NCBI RefSeq assembly: GCF_018350175.1 | Contig: NC_058368.1 | Coordinates: 125,738,001-125,802,000 of the forward strand | DNA from: Felis catus | Taxonomy: Eukaryota | Length of the DNA stretch: 64,000 bases | Direction: 5' to 3' | Shown: in pieces, positions 34,736-47,427 of the stretch | How positions within the stretch are numbered: position 1 is the first letter of the stretch | Layout: every line of letters starts with the position of its first letter | Position numbers and translations under genes: made by a program | Notes under the pieces: generated by a model | What the model saw: only the letters and a program-made list of their open reading frames with translations | What the model was told of the DNA's origin: nothing | Databases searched by the model: none

Positions 34736-36649
34736 GAGAAATAGTAAGGAATTTTGAGAGGTTGGAGTTCTGGAGAGATAGGATATGTGAGGAAAATACC
34801 AAAGTAAATGAGTTAAGGAAGGCAGTTTGTGAACATATTGACACGATGGCCAAAGTTAAACCTTTAATGTTACAGGAATTTCCTTCCCACAACCTTCATA
34901 AAGTGATCTGTTTTTGTGTACTAATTTGAGTAGTTCATATTTGTTGTTTTCTCTCTTTTCTCTCTGATACGTAGATCACCCTGTAACATTTGACAGATAT
35001 TTACATTTTCAGGAGTCACTAAAGCCCTAAGAAAATTATGGACTAAGTTTACTTGATCCTAGAACGATTTTAGGTTTTTTGATTGGGTTTTTTCCAGTCC
35101 CAGGTACAAAATGTGTTTTATAAATGATATCTATCTATTATTATATGCATCCTCAAGTGAATGAAAATCTTCTTTTCTGTCCTCTCCTATTCTCTCCATC
35201 ACTTTATTTATTTGATTTTGGGGGAAAGTGGAAAGGGAAGATAAACATTTCCCCCTTGTTCTACTTTTCAGTATTTTAAAATGCACCTGTGTTAGTTTTA
35301 AATGAAAATGAAAATTTAAAATTAGAATTTTCAGATACTGAATGATTGGGTTTCTTAATTTTATGTCCAAATGTTTCTAGGTAATTATCTTTTTTGTTCT
35401 TTCACTGCTTTGTGTCAACCTTCTGATAAGACTGCAGAAACAAGATATATTTGAAAGTCTTCAGTCTATTTCCTGCTTCTGAAGTGTAAATGCTTTAATT
35501 ATTTGAAATTCTCTGAGGTCTCCTTCCAAAGAGCTGTCAGAACATTGCAATTCCACTCATGAACATCTTTCTCAGGCCCAGCTCAAGGTTTGTGATTTAA
35601 TGAGATAGGCATTTCAAATAGCGACTTGGTAAGTATTTCAGAGCAAAACTTGTGATAAAGGTTCTGTGTTCCTCAGGGGATCTTTAATTTTTTGGATTAG
35701 GTCAATTCTTGGGAGGGTGTTTACTGTGAGATTGGCATGTATTGCCTCAGATTTATAAATGAAGTTTTTCATCTTGCAAGAAAACAAAAGTTTCACCTCT
35801 CATCTTGCTTTTCTATTTTGAAGGAGTACAAAAATTTCCAAAGTAAGGGTAGACCACATGCCTTCCTGGAGTCCTTGGGGTGTCCTATGAGATAATGGAT
35901 TTGTATATCATAATGCCTAATCATACCTGTAATAATACTAACACTGTTGGAAGGATTGACAGGCTATCTAGTCCAACCAGATTTTGTAGATGAGAAATCT
36001 AAGATCCTGAGGGTTAAATGGGTTACCTAAGATGAACAGGCAGGTTAATACTGGCCAAATACTTGCTCTCTTGACTCCTTGGTTCAGTGCTGTTTCCATG
36101 TTATAGAAAAGTTTCTGTTCTGTTCCCAACATTACTTCAGAGGGTTCCTTCATTTTGACTGTCTTCAAAGAAAAAATAAAATTATTCATTTAAGCTCCTG
36201 CATCACATAGACAACATTTAAGACATAATATGGCATACACATTTCTCATTATCTGTACTTGCCAAACATAGGAACTGAATAGATTCAGATAAAATTACTG
36301 AGATAGGGCTAGTATCCCTTGCTATCCATACTCATCCCATTTGATATTAAAAGTACAGGAATAACTTCTGTAGATTCATTCAATATCTGAACTTACTTTC
36401 CTAATTCTTTCTCCTGCAACAACTAGATTCAATAATGAAGTTGCTTAGATTTGCAACAGGACAGATCTGGGAAAATTATGCATCTTAGCAATCATAGAAT
36501 CTCTTTGTTTTAAGCAATAGCAATATTCATGTAGTTGAAACACTCATCTTTCTGAAGAAGGCATTTAGCAACTATACCATTTAGCAACTATACCAACATA
36601 GTTTCCTAGTTGTAGGGAACAAGGGACCAGCATCTGGAAGCTCTAAGAT

Positions 36650-38975
36650 AGTTGGCCATTGGTATACAAGGAGGCCGATTTGAATGCCCTATTTCTGTCA
36701 GTGACTTCTCTGGTGATAATTCTCTCACTCATATGATGTAAAAATCTGACAGTGTCAAATAAAAGATAATTTTTTAGTCCTTATCTTACTGGAATAACTC
36801 ATCTTGATCCCTGTTCTCTTGACCTCTATAATACCCACCCTCGTTACTCTTTGAATTGACTGATGGTCTCTCCCATTTCATTTGTAGAATCCTCTGCCTT
36901 CTTTCACTTCCTGAATGTTAATTTTATTAGCTATCAGTGTTCTATTCCTGTCCCAGTTCTTCTCACTCTATTTAATGATCTTATATGCATATAAAGTACT
37001 TAATATGTATCTGGTCCAGTTGGAAAATAAGCAAATAGATGCTTCCTTTGTTCTTAAGGTTTTCAATGCCACCTATATGCTGATAACTCATATATAATTA
37101 ACATGCTGTGTCTCCATCTACATGTTACCTAGACTGTCCTAACTCAATATGCAAAATAACTCATCTACAGTATTATCTATGTCAATTGTAGAACCTGCTC
37201 ATTCCCCAAAGTTAGAAACTAATTGCCCACCCTTTTCTCCTGTGCCCTTACCAACTCCAATCCAATGCATTTTAAAATTCTGCTGATATTTTATTCTAGG
37301 AAATTCTCTCATTCATTGTGCTCTTCATCCTTAATGTTACCAGCCTTAGTTGGAATTTTATCATTTCTCTTTCTGGTTACTTTAAGAGACTCCTACCCTG
37401 TGTCCTTGCCTTTAGATATGCTCTATCCAATCCCTTTCTCTGTACAGAAACCAGTATACCAATATCTGTATCTGAAATGTACATCTGATTCTATTCTTTT
37501 CTTATTGTTATTTTCAATGACTATCCATTTTCTAATGAATAAAATCTCACCTTCTTAGCATGGCCCAATAGGCTCTCTCTATGAACCTCTTGAGCTTTAT
37601 CTTACAACAGTCTGTCTCTCACTTCATGCTTCATTTGCACAATATTGCTTATATTCCTCCTGTAGAAACCATCCTGTTCACTTTCATGCCTTATGTATTT
37701 GATGCCATTTTCCCCTTCTCCTCTCCTCTTCTATCTATTCCTACTTTTTTTTTTTATGAATCAGCCCTGTACTCATTCAGTAAAGCCACCCACAAAGACT
37801 TTAATGATTTCCTTAGTTGGATTATGTGTTTCCATATACTCAGAGTAACTATAACTTCACATACGACATTGTTTTATAATTATCTGTTTACAGATCTGTC
37901 ACCTCTACAATAAAGGAATCTTTAGGTGTGGATATTTTGTCCTTTTTACTTCTATACCCAAGACGTGGACCTCAATGCTTGAAATAAAGCAGACCCTCAA
38001 TAAGCATCTGTAGGATGAATGCTAGTGAGAGAGGATGGCTTCTGTTAGCCTTTATTCCGTAAACCCAGAAGACTCCAATCTGGCAGTATTGGAGGTTGGG
38101 TGGTTTACTCTGGAAGCTTTGTTGATGGATTGATCTGTGATCTCCTGAATTTATGGTCTATGGGGCAAGAGAGGGATAAACCCTTGGGTACACTTTGGTT
38201 TGCCCTGGTAAAAACACAATTCTGTCTATTCAAGTGCATAAATACTTATTCAGTGCATTCCCAATTTTAATTCAGACTACCACATTGCTTGCATGGATGT
38301 CTGAGCTGCTGTTTGATAACTGGTTTCCTTGCCTTAAATCTTGTCTCTTCTAATTCTTTCCCTGCACATAATTAACCTCCATAATCTTTCTCAGATGTTA
38401 AAATTCTTTGTTGTGTTCTGAAGCTTTTAGACAAAAGTCCAAACTCCTTAATGCAGCTTATAATAATGACATTTTATGATCTTATTCTTGCTTGTTTTTC
38501 TAACCTCATGGCTCACCATGCTATCCTGGCCCATGCAGTCTGCTAGACTGAATGGTTTTTGGTTTATTTGGCCTGTTTTATTTCAGGTCTTTAAGTTTGC
38601 TTGGAACCCTCTTCCTTTTTTGCCCTCATTGTCATTTCTAGGTTAACTCTTCACTAATCACTCAGGTGATAGCTCAGGTATTACTTCCTCCAGAAAGCTG
38701 TCCTTCATGTCCAAACTCAGGTTAGGGATTTTTTTTTTTTACGTCTTCCTCTCTACTGATTTCTCTTCCCATATTCTTCTGTAACACTCCTGTACTTCTC
38801 GCATACATAAATGTCACACTATCATAATTGCCTTTCTTACTGTCTATGTAACCCACTTAACCAAATCCTGAGAATGCAGAAAGCATGTCACTTGTGTTCC
38901 TTGTAGTATACTCAGCACCTAGTACAAGAGCTTGCACACGTTGGAGCTGAATATTTATTAAATGAATAAATGCAT
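36650..38975. mobile_element. Cluster of L2 fragments
   Basis: L2 motifs (ctgaaatgtacatctgat, aagtccaaactccttaatg, cagcacctagtaca, aatatttattaaatgaataaatg). Confidence 0.6.
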
Positions 38976-40504
38976 GCAGTATAAAGCCATTTTATATTAT
39001 CTACTGGATTCCATGTCACCATGCTGTTGAGAAATTGCAAGATAAAGACATTTGGAACTCTGGAGTTAAAAAGAAACTTTGCTAGTAACACATGAGACTG
39101 TTCCTGACAGTACTGTGTGTGTTGTTTTCAGGTGTATAATTAGGAACATGGATTTTCTGACTTTTGTGTTCCTTCCAGACTTAGTGAGTCTGAATCTGTG
39201 AGTAACCATAAGAATGAAGAATCTTCTGAGAATAAATCACTAATAAGGGGAATGTGGTGACTGATGGAGCTAAGGTAGATAACCTCATTTCTACTTCTGT
39301 AAGGAGGAAAGTCCCCTTTCTGTACCAAAGTGAATGGGAGCCTCTAAGTCACTGACATTGGTCTCATATGCCAGGAATAGTTTTCTGGAACCATCATGAA
39401 ATTTGGTTTCAGTTTCATGACAAGAGTATGGACTCAGGAAGACAAGCTAAGTATTGTTGTAGAGCATTTTGTCTTCTTGTGAGGTGTACAGCTAAAATTT
39501 ATTAGTGACTCAGCAAGGCTGCCCTATTTTTAGGCCTAAGGGTTAGCTTGTCACACTTCAGAGAGTGGGAGACAGAGAGGAAGTGTTACCAGCTCAACTG
39601 AGTCTTGTTTTATTTATAAATTCTGTGTTGAATAATTTTAAATTGGTTATATTTAATTTGGGACCTGAAATAGATCAGACCCCCTTCCTACTTCCCTCAT
39701 TTGAGTCAAAAGATATCAAAATAATTATTTATATATGTATTAACAAATAGTGGGTGTGTTGTATTTGTGGCTTTATTTGCTGCAGTGAGTATTAATGAAA
39801 TATATAAAAAGATTTATCTTTCTTTCCTTGCAATTGATTCCAGCGTCCAAGGATGTATCCCTTAAGAAACTTGTTTTATCTCTCATTTCTCCTGTAGAGA
39901 AATAATCCTTAGCTATAGTTTGTCCAGTTATTTCTCATGTGTGACATTGGTCATTAGAAGATCCAAGAAGGGAAATGATGACTCACTCTGGATGAATCAC
40001 TGCTACTCATGTGTAGATTGAGGACCATGGGTTTTATGACCTCTTCTGCTCTGAGTTCAGGAGTTCTGTAAGGGGGAGGATTTGTCCCAGAATAAATTCT
40101 AATAAGAGGAGTTGGGTAACCAATTGAGTTAAAGACAGACTTTCTTTCTAATTCATATTCTCTTTGGGTCATTGGTATTAATTGTGACAGACTGGCATAC
40201 TGTTTTTAGACAACTGAAGTTTGGTCAAACAAATTCAACTTAAATAAGAACTGCCCTCTGCCTCTACCTGTGTGATTCTGGGTAATCACTTTAATTATTT
40301 CAGTTTCAATTTCCTCCTCTTTAAAATGGGATTAATTTGAACATGGCACAGAAGTCAGGAAAATACACCAAATGGGTTGATGGAAAATTTTCGATATTAC
40401 TGACTAAACGAGGAAATTCAGAAGATATAGCTGTAATAAGTGTCATGGTTAATACAGTTAATTCCATTCAGCAGACTCCCCCGCTCCCCAATTCACATAC
40501 ATCC

Positions 40505-40538
40505 ATGCATGCGCGCGCACGCGCACGCACACACACAC

Positions 40539-40569
<31 letters not shown>
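40505..40569. repeat. (CG)n/(CA)n alternating purine-pyrimidine tract
   Basis: atgcatgcgcgcgcacgcgcacgcacacac... Confidence 0.92.
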
Positions 40570-41238
40570 GGTTTACGAGTCATTCTTAGGCCCTTTTCCC
40601 ATGACTTCATCAGGGATTTGTGCACCCTTCACCCAGCAGCCAGGTGGCAGTTGAAAAATTCATAAGTTTAGTTTCCTTTTAACATAAGAGCTAAGATTTA
40701 CTTTGCATCCATACTAGCCTAGACAAAAGCTTAGTGCTGTACATAAATTACCTTGTTGAGCCTTCAAACTGATATGTTGAGGCACGTATTACCATGATTC
40801 CTATCAAAAGAGTAATTATGGAGGAAATAAAGTTCAGATCGTGGAGTCATGTTTCCGCTGGAATTTTAAGAGGTAAACACAAACAAGTAGGGGCGATAAG
40901 AGGGATTTGATCTGGGAGTTCTGCTGTGGTTGATTGGTCCTCTTCGTCTTAGTTTGAGAAAGATTACAGGCAGAACCACTATGTATAGTTAGTCAGGTGT
41001 TTCATAGCACTAGGATAGCAGGACCCACAAGGACATAAATTTATGATGAACCCACCCATATTCTGCCCCCTAAGGTCTGTGCCATAGCACGGAGCCAGGA
41101 CTGCCCAGAGAATGGTTCTGGGTGCCTCACATCCCATACCAGTGATCATTGGCCAAGCCATCTGCCTGTAGAGCTGTTCCCATTTCCTAATTTCTACAAA
41201 GGTAACATGTGGCTCAGCTGAGACTTTATGAGTTTGAG

Positions 41239-41353
41239 TGGTGCTTGGCTGGTTTGGTCAGAAGGCCCAGTGACTCTTGATCTTGAGGTTGTAAGTTTGA
41301 GCCCCACACTGGATGTGGAGATTACTCCAAGAGACTTAAAAAAAAAAAAGTAA
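41239..41353 (+). mobile_element. Short old CAN-SINE (SINEC_old-like)
   Basis: gtgactcttgatcttgaggttgtaagtttgagcccca, A tail; TSD gagtttgag at 41230-41238 and 41354-41362. Confidence 0.8.
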
Positions 41354-41504
41354 GAGTTTGAGAAACAGCTACCTAGCTGAAGACTGAGCTACTTACACAG
41401 GGTGATGTGTTAACATGGAAAAAAATCTAAATTGTTAATGACATCTTTTGGCTTCAGAACTTAGTATTTAGTAGTTAGAGTGCACTGTTTTCATTTTCAT
41501 CTGA

Positions 41505-41719
41505 AGCTCTGCACTGCAATATGGTAGCCACTAGCCATATGTAGCCACTTAAATTTAAATTAAAGAAAATTAAATAAAAAATTCACTTCCTTGGTTACAC
41601 TAACCACATTTCACGTGCTTAATAGCTATAGCTACATATGGTTTATGGCTGCCATAGTGGTCAGTGCAGAATTATAGAACATTTCCATCATTTCATAAAG
41701 TTCTCCTGGGCAGTGCTGG
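41505..41719. mobile_element. MER3-like hAT-Charlie MITE
   Basis: caatatggtagccactagccatatg ... atagaacatttccatcatt...aaagttct...cagtgctg. Confidence 0.8.
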
Positions 41720-41889
41720 TATATTCAACTTTTTTTAAGATATAGATTGTTCCTTGATCCACCTTAAATTATTTAGGCCACTATATTTCCTTTGGTAAGG
41801 AAATGTGCTTACGAAACCTGAATAACATGCAAATTCTTATTAAAAGTTTTCATGTGGTTTCCAAATTTGTAACTCAAATTATTTATTCT

Positions 41890-42560
41890 TTAGCTGTATC
41901 TCTGGTCCCGTCTCCAGAGGCAACTCTTGTTATCAGTTGTGTGTATTCTCCCTGAGATTCACACAAATAGAAATAGCACACTCATGTATGCAAACACATC
42001 TTCTTTCATTATTTTTCAATCAACTGATAGCAGACTTTACAAGTTGTTCTACAGCTTAATATTTTTCACAATGTATCTTGAAGATAATTTTATTATTATT
42101 ATTATTATGTTAGTATTTCATTCACTTTGATGACTGTATGATATTTAATTGTATGATGTGTGTGTATATTATATGTGTGTATATGTGTTGCTTCTAATTG
42201 TTTTCTGTTATAAATATTGCAAAGAATGACTTATACATATGTCATTTCAAATTTATAGGATTATATTTACAGGAAAATTTCTGAAAGAGGATTTGCTGTG
42301 TCTAGGTGAAATGCATTTGAAGTTGGTAAATTTATAAGCAAATTTTCCATAATAGTGTCCTATTGATTTACACTTTGGTTAGGCATATGTAAGTGTTCAT
42401 GTTTCTCCACACCATCCTCAACCGGATGCATTATCCATCTTTCCCCAGTGTTATAAGTGGAAAATTATATGTCTGGGCAGTTCTGATTTGGGTTTATCTT
42501 GTAAGAGGAGACAACTTTCATGTATTTAATAATCATTTGGTTATATTTTTGACTTCATGA
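41890..42560 (-). mobile_element. Ancient L1ME-like fragment
   Basis: ctccagaggcaact, tattgatttacact, gtttctccacaccatcctcaac. Confidence 0.55.
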
Positions 42561-44019
42561 AGAAGTGTTCCTTTTTATCTGAAGTCCTTTTACCTGGGAT
42601 ACAGCTTGTATTGACTCACTTGTGGCACTATTTTTAGATTTCTTCTTTGGGTATTCCAATTATGTATATGTTGAATCCCCTTTATCTGTACTTCTTGTCT
42701 TTTTCTCTTACATGTTAAACTATCATGATTTACTTTTTCTTTGTCTTTTTCACATTGGTTATAGCCTTCCATTATTGTGTTTTTAACATTATTCATTCTG
42801 TTTCTTCCACTTTTGTCTTCATTTATGTATTTTGTTTGTTTAATCTTTTTCTGGGCTTTTTAGTTCACAAACATCTCATCCTTAAACATCCATAATATTT
42901 TTTTTATAGGGATGATTAATTCGTTAATTTGGAGGACTATAACTAATGGAATATTTTGTGATAATTTTTATATGTCCCATGTTATTTTTTTGTATGTGTG
43001 TGGCTTTTATTTATTTTACTTTTGTTTCATATTTTTATTTCTGCATTTCTGTAGCATTTTTGTATAGATCCTGTGCTGATCTATTAGGTTCACTATTCAC
43101 CCTTAAAGGAAGTAAAATTTTCCTGGACCTGGTACTGATAGAAAATGTGTGTGATGGAGGAGTTGTCATTATATTCCAGACTAACTGGTATTATTTTAAG
43201 ATCCTTGGGCTTGTGGGGAATTCATATAGCAATTACTTCTCACCAGCGTCGGGACTGTTGACAATGTAAGGTCTCTCTTCTGCTTTCTTGGTTCAGAGGC
43301 AGACAGCTTCCTGAAAATATAGCTTGTCTGTGCAATAAAATTTTTAGCCCCACCCTATTTCCATCTTCCCCCCATGTGCGTACCACTGTCCTGCTGTTAA
43401 AAACAAAGGCTTTAGCAATCATGACTTAGGTTATGCTCTTTTAAAAAGTTATTTTTACTGTTTGTTTTTTTCCTGATTCTAACTGCCATGATTTCTTCTA
43501 TCCGATTCTTTGTGTGTGCCCTTGCTTGATTCCCATTGTATGAACAGCTCCTACAACTATCCTGTGGTTCTACATTTTATGTTGACCATTTTTGCCAAAA
43601 GTGGGATTTTAATTACATTTGCAATTTTCATTCTTAGGAAGAAAAGAAGGAAATGCCCACTTTATTCCACATTATTAAATTGAGCATCCTTTGTATTACT
43701 TTTTGGGATATTTTGTAATTTCTTAACTTTTCCAAAAAAAAAAAAAATGAAGGCATGGTCCTTGAGATTTCAGCCTTTATCATTTGTTTTATTTTGATCC
43801 AGTTCAAGATGTCCAGTTACTTAACAGAACTTCTTCCGAGCAATTCTAATACCTCACATTTAAATTGTTTAGAGATAAATTTATCCTCTTCTCTCACTAT
43901 ACCGTGTTTTTCTAGAATTATGAAAACTTCCTATCAGCAGACTTCAAACATTACCACTGTGTTTTACTCTTCCACATGTTCCTTACCCCACACCTGTGTA
44001 ATTAGTCACCAACTTCTTT

Positions 44020-44238
44020 TTTTTTTAATTTTTTTCAACGTTTATTTATTTTTGAGACAGAGAGAGGCAGAGCATGAATGGGGGAGGGTCAGAGAGAGAG
44101 AGAGACACAGAATCTGAAACAGGCTCCAGGCTCTGAGTGGTCAGCACAGAGCCCGACGTGGGGCTCGAACTCACGGACCGCGTGATCATGACCTGAGCTG
44201 AAGTCAGATGCTTAAACGACTAGGCACCCAGGTGCCCC
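44020..44238 (-). mobile_element. CAN-SINE (SINEC_Fc-like)
   Basis: TSD agtcacca(a/g)cttcttt at 44004-44019 and 44239-44254. Confidence 0.95.
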
Positions 44239-46427
44239 AGTCACCAGCTTCTTTAATGACTACAACATTAATTATACCCTACCATGTGAATGAGACAGTA
44301 TGTAGGTACTGGATAGTAATGCCCTTGGACTTGAGTTAGGGATATTTCTGCCTTGAGCCCTTAAGCTTTTGAGAACCCTGTGTGTCATAAATCCATATTC
44401 AGAATTACTTTAAAACTCCTAGGCATCCAGAGTTCAGCACTGGCACAGATATTTTTGTGGCTCTAAGAAATGCTTCTTAACGTATCCTATCCTATTTCCT
44501 TAGAAGGAAAAGTGTACTAAAGCCCCCAAATTTGGTGGACTGTGCCCCTCTTATGTTGAATATGGACACTCTTTTGGAGTATGGGGAGGATTTGAGCAGT
44601 GAAATCTTAAGAATGAAAAATACAAATTATTTCAAGTTGTCATATTTTTTTCCTCATCATGAATGCAATAAATTTTAATACTATTTTTTTCCCGGTAGTG
44701 CTGAGCAATCATTTTTTTTCTACTTCTTATCATTTATAATTCATGGTTTGGGAGGTACTCTTAAGTTAACACATTATTTATCACAGTTGGACATAGGGAA
44801 TAAAGAACCTTTTATAATATTAAATAATTCATATTACTCCTAAGTGAGTATACTTACAGTTCTAGCTATAACATATGAAGCCAATTCTTTATATTAGCAA
44901 CTAGATGAAGGTTGATCCCTAGAACTTCAAATAGTCTTATTTTTATAAAAATACTTTATAAGGATAAATAAAACGGAATTACATGGTTTTCAAAATTAAA
45001 TGAAAATCTCTAGCTTTATTAAAATTATCAATTTTAAAATTTGATGTTAACTAATTATAGTATTTTATGTTTTTTGAATATTTTAAAAGAAAAACTAACA
45101 TTTCTGAAATTATGTGTGAGAAATACCTTCACTTTTTTATATTTGTTTTCATATGTAATTTTGACAAAATACATTTGAATTGTGAAAACTATGTTTATAT
45201 TCTTAACCATTTAGATCATTGATGTCAATAGGAGACAAATAATGTAAAAAGGAGATATTGATCAACATAATTCTTGTTGAGATAAAGGCAACAAAGATAA
45301 ATTTATTTGAAGAAACATATACTAGTTTATAAATTATACTAAATATTTTTTACTTTATTACTCATCTAATTGCTGACCCACTAACAAATTATGCAGATAT
45401 GTGCAATAGTAAGTAAATTTAATAAACATTTTAGTTTTGCTCAATTTTAGTCATATAAAAACATATCTATGTTTTTATAAACATATATAACTTTTAGAAA
45501 CCTAAAGTTATAAAAGCATAAATTTAATATTTTTTTCAGTTTTTTTGTTTAAAGGTAAATATGTCAAGGTAAAAGGATAGAAAGTATATTAAATCTCCAC
45601 TTGAGAGTGTAATTTATTAACTTTTATATTCTCAGGCCCTACAAATAAACAAGAAGATTCTGGTTGTGATCCTTTCATTTCCATCTCTATGGTATTCACT
45701 GAATTTGCCTTTGAAAGAGTTTCTAATTCCAGTGGAGACATGATGCTTTGTTAGTATTTGAAATCCTTACAGTTGTCTTACACAGAAGTACTTAATAAAT
45801 AATTGAGAATTAGGCTGAATTGAGTTGACAGAACAAATAAATAAGAGGAAGAAAGATATTGTCCATGAAGAGAAATAAGTAGATGGGTTTGGGGGAGGGA
45901 AAGGACACGACCACTAAGGACGGTCATTTAAAGTCTCTTACATCTGTTGGAATTGTGTTGGAAATCATTCCACATAATTTCCTGAAATACAAAGTACCTG
46001 GCTCATGTTTCACATTACGATATAGCTCTTTTTAAAACCAGAAAAGATACAGGAGAAAACATTATGTGTGAATCCAGTAAGTCTTACTTGTTATGGGACT
46101 CTTGAGAAGACAGTTGGAAAGAATTCTTATCCTTAGATGCTTTTGTTCACAATTGGAAATCTGATCAGTGTCTTGCTTCTGTGCTATAGGCTCACTTAAA
46201 TGATTTTTAAAAATCTGTGTGTGGTTTTACATTCACACTATGTACCAAGTTTTCTTTCCTACATACGTAACATTAAATGAAATAAATATACTGGGAAAAT
46301 CCAGAGGAGCCTTGAGAAAATCTAGCAGTTGTCATTACCATGGATGGGAAAACAAAACACTGGCTAGTTTGTGAGACTAGAGTTTTACAAATCCTTTTCT
46401 GAGTGATTCTGTTTACTGTTGGAAATA

Positions 46428-46648
46428 TTTATGTATATATATAATATATATATATCTCCACATATAAATATATATGTATATATACACACATAGAATATAT
46501 ATACACATAAAGAGAAAATTTTATATATTTAATTGTGTGTATATAATATATATTATGGATAATATGTATTATATATCTATACATACATATATATAATATA
46601 CATACATATATATTATATATATGTTATATATATATAACATATATATAT
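46428..46648. repeat. Degenerate (TA)n low-complexity tract
   Basis: About 220 bp of TA-rich imperfect repeats. Confidence 0.88.
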
Positions 46649-47214
46649 GAGTTTGGAGCCTGCTGTGTTGAAAAGAATGTTTTGAAAGTATTACAGACTG
46701 TGTGCCATTGCTCAGATGACACAAAGAAAAATCATTTTTCCATCTCTTAAGACAACCACATAACTACTTGTGATTAGTTTCTCACTTTTCAGGTGAAGAT
46801 CAAAGATTAACTCAATATTTTGAAATATAACAGGTTAAGGCTGGGGGGAAATTTTGCTTCCAAATCTTTAAAAAAGAATATAAGAGTTTAGGGGAGTAAA
46901 GAAAAACAAACCAGAGAGTAAAATTTTTAAAATGTAATGTAACTATAGGTATTTTTGCTCAGGAAGGACAGTAGGTTACATGCATGACTGTTGGCTTTAA
47001 CTTTTTTTTAACTGTATCTATGGTGTCTATATTATTTTCCAGGGTTTTTAAAAATAATTACATTTGATAAAGTGACTTCCTATTTAGTTTGCTGCTTTTG
47101 TGTGTTCTTCAACTGTCTAGTCTATGTGCTTAAAGATGTAGTTGCTAAGGGGAACCAACTAAGAATTGTTAACTGACAAGTAACTAAGTAGATACTTCAA
47201 ATAGATGCTGTTTT

Positions 47215-47427
47215 TATTTTAATTTTATTTTTTAAAATGTTTATTATTTTTGAGAGAGAGAAAGAGTGCAAGTTGGGGAAGGGCAGAGAGATAGAAGAGA
47301 ACAGAGGATCTGAAGCAGGCTCCGTTCAGACAGCACAGAGCCCGATGTGGGGCTTGAACTCAAACTGTGAGATTATGACCTGAGCCAAAGTCGGACACTT
47401 AACCAAGTGAGCTATGTAGGTGCCCCA
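47215..47427 (-). mobile_element. CAN-SINE
   Basis: Full diverged body ending ggtgcccc. Confidence 0.9.
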
